A DNA stretch of 59,351 nucleotides, filler included. It is 3 parts of 3 records of this genome, joined end to end, with 100 filler letters (N's around TTAATTAATTAA, not from the genome) between each part and the next. Parts side by side here need not be neighbours in the genome. Positions count along the whole stretch, not along the records: positions 25,493 to 45,416 come from DRR378314_386; 2 more parts are not named here. One strand, 5' to 3'. A program made the position numbers and the translations under genes. Positions 26,463 to 36,166 of this stretch are shown here, one piece after another (position 1 is the stretch's first letter; each line of letters starts with the position of its first letter). A model generated the notes under the pieces. That model did not search any database and had not been told where the DNA came from. It saw only the letters and a program-made list of their open reading frames with translations.

Positions 26463-27051
26463 TCTGATTTCAGCCCTTTTGGCGGCGCTTGGTCGCGATG
26501 GCTCTGGGTCCAGTGACTTTGATCTGAACCCAGAGACGGTGTTGCCCGAGGGGCGCAAATTGCGCCCTGCGGGTGTGTTAGTGCCTGTTTCGGTGGTCGC
26601 AGACACGCCACAGCTGATCCTGACCAAACGCTCTTCGGCGTTGAAACATCATCCGGGGCAGATCGCCTTTCCCGGTGGAAAGCAGGATGAAGGCGACGCC
26701 GATGTCACCGCGACAGCCTTGCGCGAGGCGCGGGAAGAGATCGGCCTTCCGCCCGAAATGCCGCGTATTCTAGGCCACCTGCCTATCCATGAAACTGTGA
26801 CGTCCTTTTCGGTCACGCCCGTTGTTGCGGTCCTTGATTCCATCTTTGAACCTATCGCTGAACCCGGTGAAGTGGACGAGGTCTTTTCGGTTCCGCTTGC
26901 GCATGTCCTGAACCCAGAGAATTATGTCGTCGAGTCGCGCCGTTGGCGTGGCCAAAGACGATATTACTACGCTGTGCCTTATGGCCCCTATTACATCTGG
27001 GGCGCGACGGCACGGATGCTGCGAGGGTTGGCGGCGCGGATGGGCGAATGA
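26452..27051 (+). CDS. Nudix CoA pyrophosphatase
   Basis: LTKRSSALKHHPGQIAFPGG (CoA-Nudix motif), Nudix box ALREAREEIG, IWGATA; start overlaps the hslO stop. Confidence 0.92.
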   Translation: MARDLISALLAALGRDGSGSSDFDLNPETVLPEGRKLRPAGVLVPVSVVADTPQLILTKRSSALKHHPGQIAFPGGKQDEGDADVTATALREAREEIGLPPEMPRILGHLPIHETVTSFSVTPVVAVLDSIFEPIAEPGEVDEVFSVPLAHVLNPENYVVESRRWRGQRRYYYAVPYGPYYIWGATARMLRGLAARMGE

Positions 27052-28202
27052 AGCGGATCACGGAAGACTGGATTACCAAACAGGCCACGCAGGATGTCTG
27101 CACCGCCTTGACTGATGGCGGGGCGCAGGCGTTTTTTGTGGGTGGCTGTGTGCGCAATGCGTTGTTGCAGGCCCCGGTTTCAGACATCGACATCGCCACG
27201 GATGCAAAGCCCGATCGGGTTATGGAACTGGCGCAGGCAGCTGGGCTGAAACCGATCCCGACGGGGATCGACCATGGCACTGTGACTGTGGTCAGCAAAG
27301 GCATCCCGCACGAGGTCACTACGTTTCGCCGTGATGTCGAAACAGACGGTCGGCGCGCTGTCGTGGCCTTTTCCGACAAGGTTGAAGAAGACGCCGCGCG
27401 CCGCGATTTTACCATGAACGCGCTTTATGCCCGACCTGATGGCACGATTATCGATCCGCTAATCGGGTTGCATGACCTACAGGCGCGACGTGTACGGTTC
27501 ATCGGTGAAGCCAATGATCGCATTCGCGAGGATTACCTGAGGTCGCTGAGGTATTTTAGGTTTCACGCTTGGTATGGGGATGCGAACGCTGGATTTGATG
27601 CCGATGCGCTGTCTGCAATTGCTACGAATCTGGACGGGTTAGAGACGCTTTCGCGCGAAAGGGTCGGTGCCGAAATGCTAAAGCTTCTGGCTGCACCGGA
27701 TCCGGCACCCTCGGTCGCGACTATGGGCAGCACCGGTGTTCTAGCGCGGCTGCTGCCCGGCGCTGATGACCGGGCTCTGGCGATCCTGATCAAGCTGGAA
27801 CAAGACGCCCACGCCGTACCCGAAGCGATTCGCCGTTTAGCTGCGATTGCATCGCCCGAGGTGGCCAAGTCCCTGCGACTTAGTCGGGCGCAACTGCAGC
27901 GCCTGACCCGCATGCGCGAAGAAGCAATGGCAACAACCAGCGTTGCCGAGCTGGGTTATCGCTACGGGTCTGAGGGCGGCCTGCACGAGACACTTCTGCG
28001 CTGTGCATTTCACGAACAGCCCTGGACACAAGGGCTGAACCAGGCCTTGGAACAAGGGGCAGCAGCGAGTTTTCCGATCAAGGCGGTTGACCTGATCCCT
28101 GCCTTCTCGGGGCCCGCGCTGGGTGCCAAACTGGCCGAGCTTGAGGCGCGCTGGATCGCCTCGGATTTCGCACTCAGCCGCGCAGAATTGCTGGCTGAAT
28201 GA
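27048..28202 (+). CDS. cca: CCA tRNA nucleotidyltransferase / poly(A) polymerase family
   Basis: VGGCVRN..DIDIAT, EVTTFR, RRDFTMNAL, EDYLRSLRYFRF; ATGA overlap with the Nudix gene. Confidence 0.92.
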   Translation: MKRITEDWITKQATQDVCTALTDGGAQAFFVGGCVRNALLQAPVSDIDIATDAKPDRVMELAQAAGLKPIPTGIDHGTVTVVSKGIPHEVTTFRRDVETDGRRAVVAFSDKVEEDAARRDFTMNALYARPDGTIIDPLIGLHDLQARRVRFIGEANDRIREDYLRSLRYFRFHAWYGDANAGFDADALSAIATNLDGLETLSRERVGAEMLKLLAAPDPAPSVATMGSTGVLARLLPGADDRALAILIKLEQDAHAVPEAIRRLAAIASPEVAKSLRLSRAQLQRLTRMREEAMATTSVAELGYRYGSEGGLHETLLRCAFHEQPWTQGLNQALEQGAAASFPIKAVDLIPAFSGPALGAKLAELEARWIASDFALSRAELLAE

Positions 28203-28397
28203 ACTGAAGTCTCAAAAGGGGATGACAAATCAGATTTCTTTTGGCAGGGTGCGGCTAACTCATGAAGGACGGAGGAATGCGAATGTATTACGGGATCTGG
28301 TTCGGCTAAAACCCGGAACGCTTTGACCCGTAGGGGTGGTGTTCTGGCGCCATCTTTCTTCGCATGACCTGTTATCTGCTCAGTTGGAGCATCCTCC

Positions 28398-30236
28398 ATG
28401 TTTCGCTATTTCGAAAACCTTGTAGACCCTTTTGCCACCTATGAAGAAGTTGACACGCCGCCGACGCGGCTGTGGCCCTTCATGCTGGAATATTCACGCC
28501 CGTTTTTTCGCGTATTTGCGTGGACAGCGCTGATATCGATCGTTGTGGCGGCGGTTGAGATCGGCTTGATCTACTATATGGGCCGTATCGTCGATCTGCT
28601 GAGCAGCGCACCGGCCGAGCTGTGGCAGACCTACGGAACCGAACTGATGTTGATTGCCTTGTTCGTGCTGGTTCTGAGGCCGCTTTTGCATGTCGTCGAC
28701 GTGCTGTTGCTGAACAATGCGATTCTGCCGAACTTTGGCACGCTAATCCGGTGGCGAGCGCATAAACACGTTTTGCGTCAATCCGTTGGCTGGTTCGAAA
28801 ACGACTTTGCCGGACGCATCGCGAACCGCATCATGCAGACCCCGCCTGCCGCGGGTGAGGTGGTGTTTCAGGTCTTCGACGCGATCTCGTTCGCGCTAGC
28901 CTATATGATCGGCGCGGCCATTCTGCTGATCGCAGCCGATGCGCGTCTGCTTTTGCCGTTGCTGATCTGGCTCGTTTTTTACGCGGCTTTGATCGCCTGG
29001 ACAGTCAAACGCGTCGGACCTGCGTCGCAGGCGGCTTCGGACGCGCGTTCGACTGTGACGGGGCGGGTGGTCGACAGCTATACCAATATCCACTCGGTCA
29101 AGATGTTCGCGCATAATACGCAAGAACTGGACTATGCCCGCGAAGCGATCGAAGAAACCCGCCGTACATTCCAGACCGAGATGCGGATTTTCACCATCAT
29201 GGATGCTGTTCTGGTCACTCTGAACGGCCTGTTGATCGTAGGGGTCGTCGGCTGGGCCATGCTGCTGTGGGCGCAGGGCAGCGCCTCGGTTGGTGTTGTG
29301 GCAGCGGCGACTGCATTGACCCTTCGGCTGAATTCAATGACCGGGTGGATCATGTGGGCGCTGACGAGCTTTTTCCGCGAGCTTGGTATCGTTGCCGAAG
29401 GGATGCAAACGATCGCGCAGCCAGTTGGACTGCTGGATGCGCCAGATGCCAAACCCCTGCAGCTGGAACGGGGTCAGATCGATATCCGCGATTTGTCGCA
29501 CCATTATGGCCGCGAAACCGGCGGGCTGGATCACGTTAACCTGACGATCAAACCGGGTGAAAAGATCGGGCTGATCGGGCGTTCGGGCGCGGGTAAATCG
29601 ACCCTAGTAAAGCTGCTTTTGCGGTTCTACGATATCGAACAAGGTGCAATTTTGATCGATGGTCAGGATATCGCCAAGGTGACGCAAGACAGTCTGCGCT
29701 GCCATATCGGGATGGTCCAGCAGGACAGTGCGTTGTTGCACCGTTCGGTACGTGACAACATTCTCTATGGTCGCCCCGATGCAACCGAGGCGCAGATGAT
29801 AGATGCTGCAAGACAAGCCGAAGCGCATGAGTTTATTCTGGACCTGCAAGACCCGAAAGGGCGCACCGGCTATGATGCGCACGTGGGTGAACGTGGTGTG
29901 AAATTGTCCGGCGGTCAGCGGCAACGGATCACCCTTGCGCGGGTGATTTTGAAAGACGCGCCGATTTTGCTGTTGGACGAGGCCACATCCGCCCTAGATT
30001 CCGAGGTCGAAGCTTCGATTCAGGAAACACTTTACGGTATGATGCAAGGTAAATCCGTGATCGCCATCGCGCACAGGCTCAGCACTATCGCCCAGATGGA
30101 TCGTATACTAGTCATGGATGGCGGTCGGATCGTCGAACAGGGCGGCCATTCCGATCTGTTGGCTCAAGGGGGGCTTTACGCCCAGTTCTGGGCGCGGCAA
30201 TCTGGGGGCTTCCTGAACCCGGAGGCCGCTGAATGA
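28398..30236 (+). CDS. ABC exporter, fused permease/ATP-binding subunit 1
   Basis: Hydrophobic N-terminal domain; GRSGAGKST, LSGGQRQR, LLLDEATSALD, AHRLST. Confidence 0.95.
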   Translation: MFRYFENLVDPFATYEEVDTPPTRLWPFMLEYSRPFFRVFAWTALISIVVAAVEIGLIYYMGRIVDLLSSAPAELWQTYGTELMLIALFVLVLRPLLHVVDVLLLNNAILPNFGTLIRWRAHKHVLRQSVGWFENDFAGRIANRIMQTPPAAGEVVFQVFDAISFALAYMIGAAILLIAADARLLLPLLIWLVFYAALIAWTVKRVGPASQAASDARSTVTGRVVDSYTNIHSVKMFAHNTQELDYAREAIEETRRTFQTEMRIFTIMDAVLVTLNGLLIVGVVGWAMLLWAQGSASVGVVAAATALTLRLNSMTGWIMWALTSFFRELGIVAEGMQTIAQPVGLLDAPDAKPLQLERGQIDIRDLSHHYGRETGGLDHVNLTIKPGEKIGLIGRSGAGKSTLVKLLLRFYDIEQGAILIDGQDIAKVTQDSLRCHIGMVQQDSALLHRSVRDNILYGRPDATEAQMIDAARQAEAHEFILDLQDPKGRTGYDAHVGERGVKLSGGQRQRITLARVILKDAPILLLDEATSALDSEVEASIQETLYGMMQGKSVIAIAHRLSTIAQMDRILVMDGGRIVEQGGHSDLLAQGGLYAQFWARQSGGFLNPEAAE

Positions 30237-32065
30237 GGATTGCCGACCTCATCCAACCGTTCAAAAACATCGAAACGCCCCCGCCGCAAACATTGGGGGC
30301 GTTCATACGCTGGAGCCTGTCGGGCGCCTGGCCGATGCTGTTTGTCGCAGCAGCGTTCTCAGCAATTGCGGGCGCGATGGAGGCGGGTACCGCCTGGGTT
30401 CTGGGCCGTGTCATTGATCTGGCCACGACCAGCGGACCGGAGGCGTTTCTATCTGGTGGTAATCTCACGATCATTCTGGGCTCTGTTGCGTTCTTTATGT
30501 TGCTGCGACCCGCGTTGTTTGGACTGTCATCGGTCGCTAACAACTATATCGTCATGCCCAACATCACACCGCTGGTTTTGGCCAAACTGAACCGTTGGAC
30601 GCTGGGTCAATCGGTGACCTATTTCGATGACGATTTCGCGGGCCGGATCGCTCAGAAACAAATGCAAACGTCGAACGCCATGACGCAGGTGGTGTCCGAA
30701 ACGATCAGTGCGATTGTCTTCGCCATGGCCTCGCTTGCGGGATCTTTGCTTTTGTTAGGCTCTATTCATCCACTTGTGACGGCCCCGTTTGTCGTTTGGC
30801 TTGCCGTCTATTTTCTGCTTGTGCGTTGGTACCTGCCGCGCATCCGCGCCCGTTCTGCCTCACGTGCCGGGGCGCGTGCGATGGTGTCGGGGCAAGTGGT
30901 CGACACGATCACAAACATCAAGACTGTAAAGTTGTTTGCCCATTCCGAGGCTGAAGATCACTCCGCGCGCAATTCAATGGTCGACCTGCGCGAACGGTCG
31001 TTGGAATTTGGCAAGCTCTCGGCCAGCTTCCGCTTCGTTTTGATGACGCTGGCAGGGATTTTGCCGGTCCTGCTGATTGGGGCGACGTTGTGGCTGTGGC
31101 AAGCGGGCAGCGCGACTGCCGGAGATATTGTGGCGGCGGGGGCCGTCGCGATCCGCATATCGCAAATGACCGGCTGGGTCAGCTTCACGCTGATGGGTCT
31201 GTACGCAAATATCGGTGAGATCGAGAACGGGATGCAGACCTTGGCCAAGCGCGACCGGGTTGAGGACGCACCAAATGCCTCCACGCTGGTGGTTTCAGAG
31301 GGTGAGATCGCGTTTGAACATGTCAGCTTTGCCTATGGGCGTGATATCGGGGGCGTCTCCGACCTGCATTTCACCGCTTCGCCGGGTGAGAAGCTGGGTA
31401 TCGTTGGGGCATCCGGCGCGGGGAAGTCGACCTTGGTGTCACTGCTTCTAAGGCTCTATGACGGGGAAAAAGGCGCAATCTGTATCGATGGCCAGGACGT
31501 ATCGCAGGTGACGCAAGACAGCCTGCGCCGGCAGATCGGGATGGTCACGCAGGAAACCGCGATGTTCAACCGCTCGGCACGAGAGAACATCCTTTATGGC
31601 CGCCCTGCCGCGTCCGAGTCAGACCTGATCGAGGCTGCGACCAAGGCCGAAGCACACGAATTCATCCTTGGCCTTGAGGATGCGCAGGGGCGCAAGGGCT
31701 ATGATGCGCATCTGGGTGAACGGGGTGTGAAACTCAGCGGTGGACAGCGTCAAAGGATCGCTTTGGCTCGCGCCATCCTGAAGGACGCGCCCATCCTTGT
31801 GCTGGATGAGGCGACGTCGGCGCTGGATTCCGAGGTCGAGGCGTCGATCCAAACCGCATTGCACCGGGTGATGCAGGGCAAGACCGTTCTGGCCATCGCC
31901 CATCGCCTGTCCACGCTCAGCGAGATGGACCGGATCATTGTCCTGGACCACGGGCATATCGTGGAAAGCGGCACGCATGAGGTTCTGTTGGAACGTGGCG
32001 GGCTCTACGCCCGGTTCTGGCATCGCCAATCCGGTGGGTTCATTCAGGCGGAGGCGGCAGAATAA
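30233..32065 (+). CDS. ABC exporter, fused permease/ATP-binding subunit 2 (paralog of the upstream gene)
   Basis: GASGAGKST, LSGGQRQR, LVLDEATSALD, AHRLST; ATGA overlap with subunit 1. Confidence 0.95.
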   Translation: MRIADLIQPFKNIETPPPQTLGAFIRWSLSGAWPMLFVAAAFSAIAGAMEAGTAWVLGRVIDLATTSGPEAFLSGGNLTIILGSVAFFMLLRPALFGLSSVANNYIVMPNITPLVLAKLNRWTLGQSVTYFDDDFAGRIAQKQMQTSNAMTQVVSETISAIVFAMASLAGSLLLLGSIHPLVTAPFVVWLAVYFLLVRWYLPRIRARSASRAGARAMVSGQVVDTITNIKTVKLFAHSEAEDHSARNSMVDLRERSLEFGKLSASFRFVLMTLAGILPVLLIGATLWLWQAGSATAGDIVAAGAVAIRISQMTGWVSFTLMGLYANIGEIENGMQTLAKRDRVEDAPNASTLVVSEGEIAFEHVSFAYGRDIGGVSDLHFTASPGEKLGIVGASGAGKSTLVSLLLRLYDGEKGAICIDGQDVSQVTQDSLRRQIGMVTQETAMFNRSARENILYGRPAASESDLIEAATKAEAHEFILGLEDAQGRKGYDAHLGERGVKLSGGQRQRIALARAILKDAPILVLDEATSALDSEVEASIQTALHRVMQGKTVLAIAHRLSTLSEMDRIIVLDHGHIVESGTHEVLLERGGLYARFWHRQSGGFIQAEAAE

Positions 32066-32104
32066 GGGGTTTTGTTGCGCCCAAACCCTAGGTATCAGGC
32101 CCCC

Positions 32105-33334
32105 ATGACGCAGCAGCACACCATAATTCGTCTTGGTCATCAGGGCGACGGGATCGCCGAGGGCCCGATCTATGCCCCCCGCACCCTGCCGGGTGAGGTG
32201 GTCAGCGGCACGCTACGCGGGCAGATGCTGACGGATATCCGTGTCGAAACCCCGTCGGATCAGCGGGTGAAAGCCCCTTGTCGTCATTACAAGGCCTGTG
32301 GCGGTTGCCAATTGCAGCATGCAGCTGATGAATTTGTCTCTGATTGGAAGGTTGAAGTGGTGCGCAACGCGCTGGCCGCGCAGGGGCTCGATGCCCCGAT
32401 GCGGCCCATTCACACCTCACCTGAATACTCGCGCCGCCGGGCCACGATTGCCGTGCGTCGTACGAAAAAGGGCACATTGGCTGGGTTTCATGGCCGTGCC
32501 TCGGACACGATCACAGAAATCCCCGATTGCCATCTGTTGCACCCCTCTTTGACCCGCGCCATCCCGGTGGCCGAGGCACTGGCCCTATTGGGAGGCAGCC
32601 GAAAAGGCGTGCTGGCCGTGACGCTAACCCTGTCCGAAGGCGGACTGGATGTGGCGGTCAAAGGGGGCAAGCCGCTGGATGGCCCATTGGAGATGACATT
32701 GGCGCAGGCCACTGAGCATCACGGCCTCGCCCGGCTCAGTTGGGATGATGAGGTCATTGCCATGCGGACGCCGCCGGTCCAGCACTTTGGACCCGTCGGC
32801 GTCGTCCCACCGCCCGGAGCGTTCCTGCAAGCCACGAAAGACGGCGAACAGGCTCTATTACAGGCAATTGCCGAGGCAACGCAGGGTGCCAAGCGGATTG
32901 TCGACCTGTTTGCGGGCTGCGGAACCTTCTCTCTTCCTTTGGCGCAGTCGGCCGAAGTGCACGCGGTCGAAGGTGAGGCCGAAATGACCAAAGCCATGGA
33001 TCAGGGCTGGCGCAGGGCGCAAGGTCTGAAACAGGTCACGACTGAAGCACGGGACCTGTTCCGCCGCCCCCTCATGCCTGATGAGCTGAAGAAATTCGAT
33101 GCCGCCGTGCTTGATCCGCCGCGCGCTGGGGCTGAGGCGCAGGTCGCTGAACTGACGCAGGCCCGGCGTCCGGTGATCGCTTATGTCTCGTGCAACCCGG
33201 TGACCTTTGCCCGCGACGCAAAAATATTGGTTAACGCCGGATATACCCTTGAATGGGTACAGGTGGTTGACCAATTTCGATGGTCGTCACACACCGAACT
33301 CGCCGCCCGGTTCACCCTGAACCCAAAGCTCTGA
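32105..33334 (+). CDS. RNA m5U methyltransferase, RlmD/TrmA family
   Basis: Fe-S motif CRHYKACGGC, FLQ, DLFAGCG, LDPPRAG, YVSCNP. Confidence 0.92.
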   Translation: MTQQHTIIRLGHQGDGIAEGPIYAPRTLPGEVVSGTLRGQMLTDIRVETPSDQRVKAPCRHYKACGGCQLQHAADEFVSDWKVEVVRNALAAQGLDAPMRPIHTSPEYSRRRATIAVRRTKKGTLAGFHGRASDTITEIPDCHLLHPSLTRAIPVAEALALLGGSRKGVLAVTLTLSEGGLDVAVKGGKPLDGPLEMTLAQATEHHGLARLSWDDEVIAMRTPPVQHFGPVGVVPPPGAFLQATKDGEQALLQAIAEATQGAKRIVDLFAGCGTFSLPLAQSAEVHAVEGEAEMTKAMDQGWRRAQGLKQVTTEARDLFRRPLMPDELKKFDAAVLDPPRAGAEAQVAELTQARRPVIAYVSCNPVTFARDAKILVNAGYTLEWVQVVDQFRWSSHTELAARFTLNPKL

Positions 33335-33350
33335 CACAAGGACCATCCGC

Positions 33351-34136
33351 ATGGGGAATACCCAACGCCTGCTGACAATGATCGAAGCTCCGGCCTTTGG
33401 ACGGTTCATAACCGGTGTCATTATCTTCAATGCAGTTTTGCTGGGGATGGAGACCTCGCCCACGCTGATGGAAGCTGCGGGTCCGCTGATCGTGACGCTC
33501 GACAGCATTTGCCTTGCGATTTTTGTCGCTGAGATCGGGATGAAGCTGGTCGCCACCGGGCGCAGGTTCTTCACCAATGGTTGGAATATCTTCGATTTCA
33601 TCATCGTCGGCATTGCGTTGGTACCCGGGGGCGCTGGTTTGTCTGTGCTACGAGCCTTGCGTATCCTGCGGGTTCTGCGCGTTATCTCGGTCGCGCCGCG
33701 TCTGCGCCGTGTGGTTGAAGGTTTCATCTCGGCCCTGCCGGGCATGGCCAGCGTGTTCCTGTTGATGGCAATCCTGTTCTATATCGGCGCCGTAATCTCG
33801 ACCAAACTGTTTTCGACCACCTTCCCCGACTGGTTTGGTGATCTGGGCCTTTCGGCCTACACACTCTTCCAGATCATGACATTGGAAAGCTGGTCCATGG
33901 GCATCGTCCGCCCGGTGATGGAGATTTATCCCTACGCCTGGTTGTTCTTTGTGCCCTTCATCATGGTGACCACATTTGCGGTGGTGAACTTGCTGGTTGG
34001 CTTGATCGTGAACTCGATGCAAGACGCGCACCATGCCGAGGATGAGGTTAAAACCGACGCCTATCGCGACGAGGTGCTGGAACGGCTGCAAGCGATCGAA
34101 CAACGCCTGATCGGGCAAGCGAACATCAAAAAGTGA
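33351..34136 (+). CDS. Bacterial voltage-gated sodium channel (BacNav, NaChBac family)
   Basis: Six TM segments; S3 WNIFDF; S4 LRALRILRVLR; filter TLESWSMG; C-terminal coiled coil EVLERLQAIEQRL. Confidence 0.93.
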   Translation: MGNTQRLLTMIEAPAFGRFITGVIIFNAVLLGMETSPTLMEAAGPLIVTLDSICLAIFVAEIGMKLVATGRRFFTNGWNIFDFIIVGIALVPGGAGLSVLRALRILRVLRVISVAPRLRRVVEGFISALPGMASVFLLMAILFYIGAVISTKLFSTTFPDWFGDLGLSAYTLFQIMTLESWSMGIVRPVMEIYPYAWLFFVPFIMVTTFAVVNLLVGLIVNSMQDAHHAEDEVKTDAYRDEVLERLQAIEQRLIGQANIKK

Positions 34137-34191
34137 TTTAATTTTTTCGCAATTCTGGCATAGTAATAACCAATAAAAAGAGCATCAGGCA

Positions 34192-34719
34192 GTGAATACA
34201 ATGGATCGTCGAGCATTTGGATTGGGGGCGGTGGCTACGCTGAGCCTTTCGGCATGTGCCTCAGCCAAACCCAAATTTCTTTCTTACCGCGGGCCCGAGG
34301 TGACCTCATTGGTCATCAACAAAGGCTCGCGTAAATTGTATCTTCTTCATAACGAACAGATTTTGCGGGAATACGATGTCGAGCTGGGGTTTGCGCCGGA
34401 TGGCACGAAAACCAAAAAAGGCGATGGCCGTACGCCCGAGGGCACATATCTGATCGACCGCCGTAATCCGCGCAGCCGGTATCATCTGTCGTTGGGTATC
34501 TCTTATCCAAATTCGGAAGACAGGGCGAAAGCCAAGGCAGCAGGCGTGGATCCGGGGGGCGATATTTTCATTCATGGACAACCCAACCTGCGGTCCGAAT
34601 TCAAGCGGGCGAAGAAGACGCCTGATTGGACGGCGGGCTGCATTGCGGTCAAAAATGAAGAGATCGAAGAGATCTACGCCATGGTGAATGAAGGTACCGT
34701 CATAACCCTGCGCCCCTAA
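34192..34719 (+). CDS. L,D-transpeptidase (YkuD) family lipoprotein, YafK/DpaA-like
   Basis: RRAF...LSAC signal; GDGRTPEG, LGISYPN, IFIHG...WTAGCIAV. Alternative start ATG 34201. Confidence 0.9.
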   Translation: MNTMDRRAFGLGAVATLSLSACASAKPKFLSYRGPEVTSLVINKGSRKLYLLHNEQILREYDVELGFAPDGTKTKKGDGRTPEGTYLIDRRNPRSRYHLSLGISYPNSEDRAKAKAAGVDPGGDIFIHGQPNLRSEFKRAKKTPDWTAGCIAVKNEEIEEIYAMVNEGTVITLRP

Positions 34720-34726
34720 GCGCGGG

Positions 34727-36160
34727 TCAGAGCGGCTTCCAGTTACCAAATCCATACAATACGTAGTCGCGCTGATAAGCTTCGGTTGTCAGCGCTTCCA
34801 ACTGCGCGTCGTAAATCTGCTCTAGCGAAAAAGGTGCGTCCGGTTTTGCTTTGACCGGGGTCGGCGGGGCCTTGTGGCCCACTTTGCGGGCTAGCTCGGG
34901 TAAGGCGGCTGCCAACTCATCCTCGCGCAGAATCAGATCGGGAGTTGTGAAACTGGACATACCTTCCAGCGTTTGTGCCTGCCCGCACCATTCCCCATCG
35001 ACACGGATCGGCGTCTGACCTGCCAGAATACTGCGCAGCATGCGCAGATACGCGGAAAAAGCTTCGTAATGCTGATCAAGCGTATAGGTGCCCAGATCCC
35101 CTTTGGCTGGAAGCGGCACTTTATATCGCCTGCTCAGCATGTTGCGGATGGTCACATATGCGCCGGGCCCGGTATGGAGGATACGATTGCAGAATACCGC
35201 ATGCGCGCGGGCCAGCGGATGGCGCAGCACCGTAAACTTGCGATGCCCCGGATGGGATTGCATCCATTGGCGCGTCTGTTTCTGGTTGCGGCCAGTAATC
35301 AGGTCGCCGGGGTTCACCCCGTCGAGATCGGCAAGCCACTGTATGATCTCTGCTTCGGGCCCGCCGCGTACCGGAAGGTACATCAGAGGCGTATGTACTG
35401 CGCCCACATAGCGCGATACGGACGGTCCACGGCGTGGTTCAAAGTTCGGAATGTTGTGCAGCTTGAACCGGTCATATTGCGACAGGGCGCGCGCCATCTC
35501 GTCCGGGTTGGTCACTTTTGACTGGGCTGGTGCCGGATTCTGGCGCTTGAGGTGCTGGTTCAACTCATCAAGACGGGAACCAACGCCCAGCCATGCAGCC
35601 AGACCATTCAGCACTTCAAGATCATTCAGATCGTCATAGTCGATATAGAATGGGGCCTGCCCGGTTGTTTGCAGGTGTTTGAGAACGGTCTGCTGAAACG
35701 CCTTTCGCTGATCAAGCTGATCGGCGAATTCGTCGGCGTCGAACGTCACCTGTGCATCGCGCCGCTGCTTGATGTTGACCAGCCTCCACTGCTTTGTTTC
35801 CAAAGCAATCTTCCAGGAAATGTAACTGTCCAGCGGATTGCGCATCAAAATGATCTTGGCGCAACGTGGATCATCAAGCGCAGGTGTCAGCGCCCGTGCA
35901 TCGTGGTCGCTGAAGAAGCGAAAGCCGTTCATTTCGCCTGGTGCGTTTCGGATCGCGTCGATCAGGGCCAGCGGGTCTCGTTCACGATCTTCCAGCGAAA
36001 AACCCAGAACCTCTTCCAGTTTCGGCAGCCCGACGAAATAGGGATTAAACGCCTCACCATAACATGTGACCCCGTCCAGCGTGTTCAACTGTGATTCCAG
36101 CAGGTTTGACCCGGTGCGCATATCGGCGAGAACGATGAAGTAATCGAAGCGGCGGGTCAT
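34727..36160 (-). CDS. Two-domain sulfotransferase-family protein (NodH/Stf0-like N-terminal domain)
   Basis: 5'-PSB-like MRTGSNLL, GEAFNP, 3'-PB-like LMRNPLDSYIS; second domain with FTVLRHPLARA and YQRDYVLYGF. Confidence 0.8.
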   Translation of the reverse strand: MTRRFDYFIVLADMRTGSNLLESQLNTLDGVTCYGEAFNPYFVGLPKLEEVLGFSLEDRERDPLALIDAIRNAPGEMNGFRFFSDHDARALTPALDDPRCAKIILMRNPLDSYISWKIALETKQWRLVNIKQRRDAQVTFDADEFADQLDQRKAFQQTVLKHLQTTGQAPFYIDYDDLNDLEVLNGLAAWLGVGSRLDELNQHLKRQNPAPAQSKVTNPDEMARALSQYDRFKLHNIPNFEPRRGPSVSRYVGAVHTPLMYLPVRGGPEAEIIQWLADLDGVNPGDLITGRNQKQTRQWMQSHPGHRKFTVLRHPLARAHAVFCNRILHTGPGAYVTIRNMLSRRYKVPLPAKGDLGTYTLDQHYEAFSAYLRMLRSILAGQTPIRVDGEWCGQAQTLEGMSSFTTPDLILREDELAAALPELARKVGHKAPPTPVKAKPDAPFSLEQIYDAQLEALTTEAYQRDYVLYGFGNWKPL

Positions 36161-36166
36161 TAAGCG

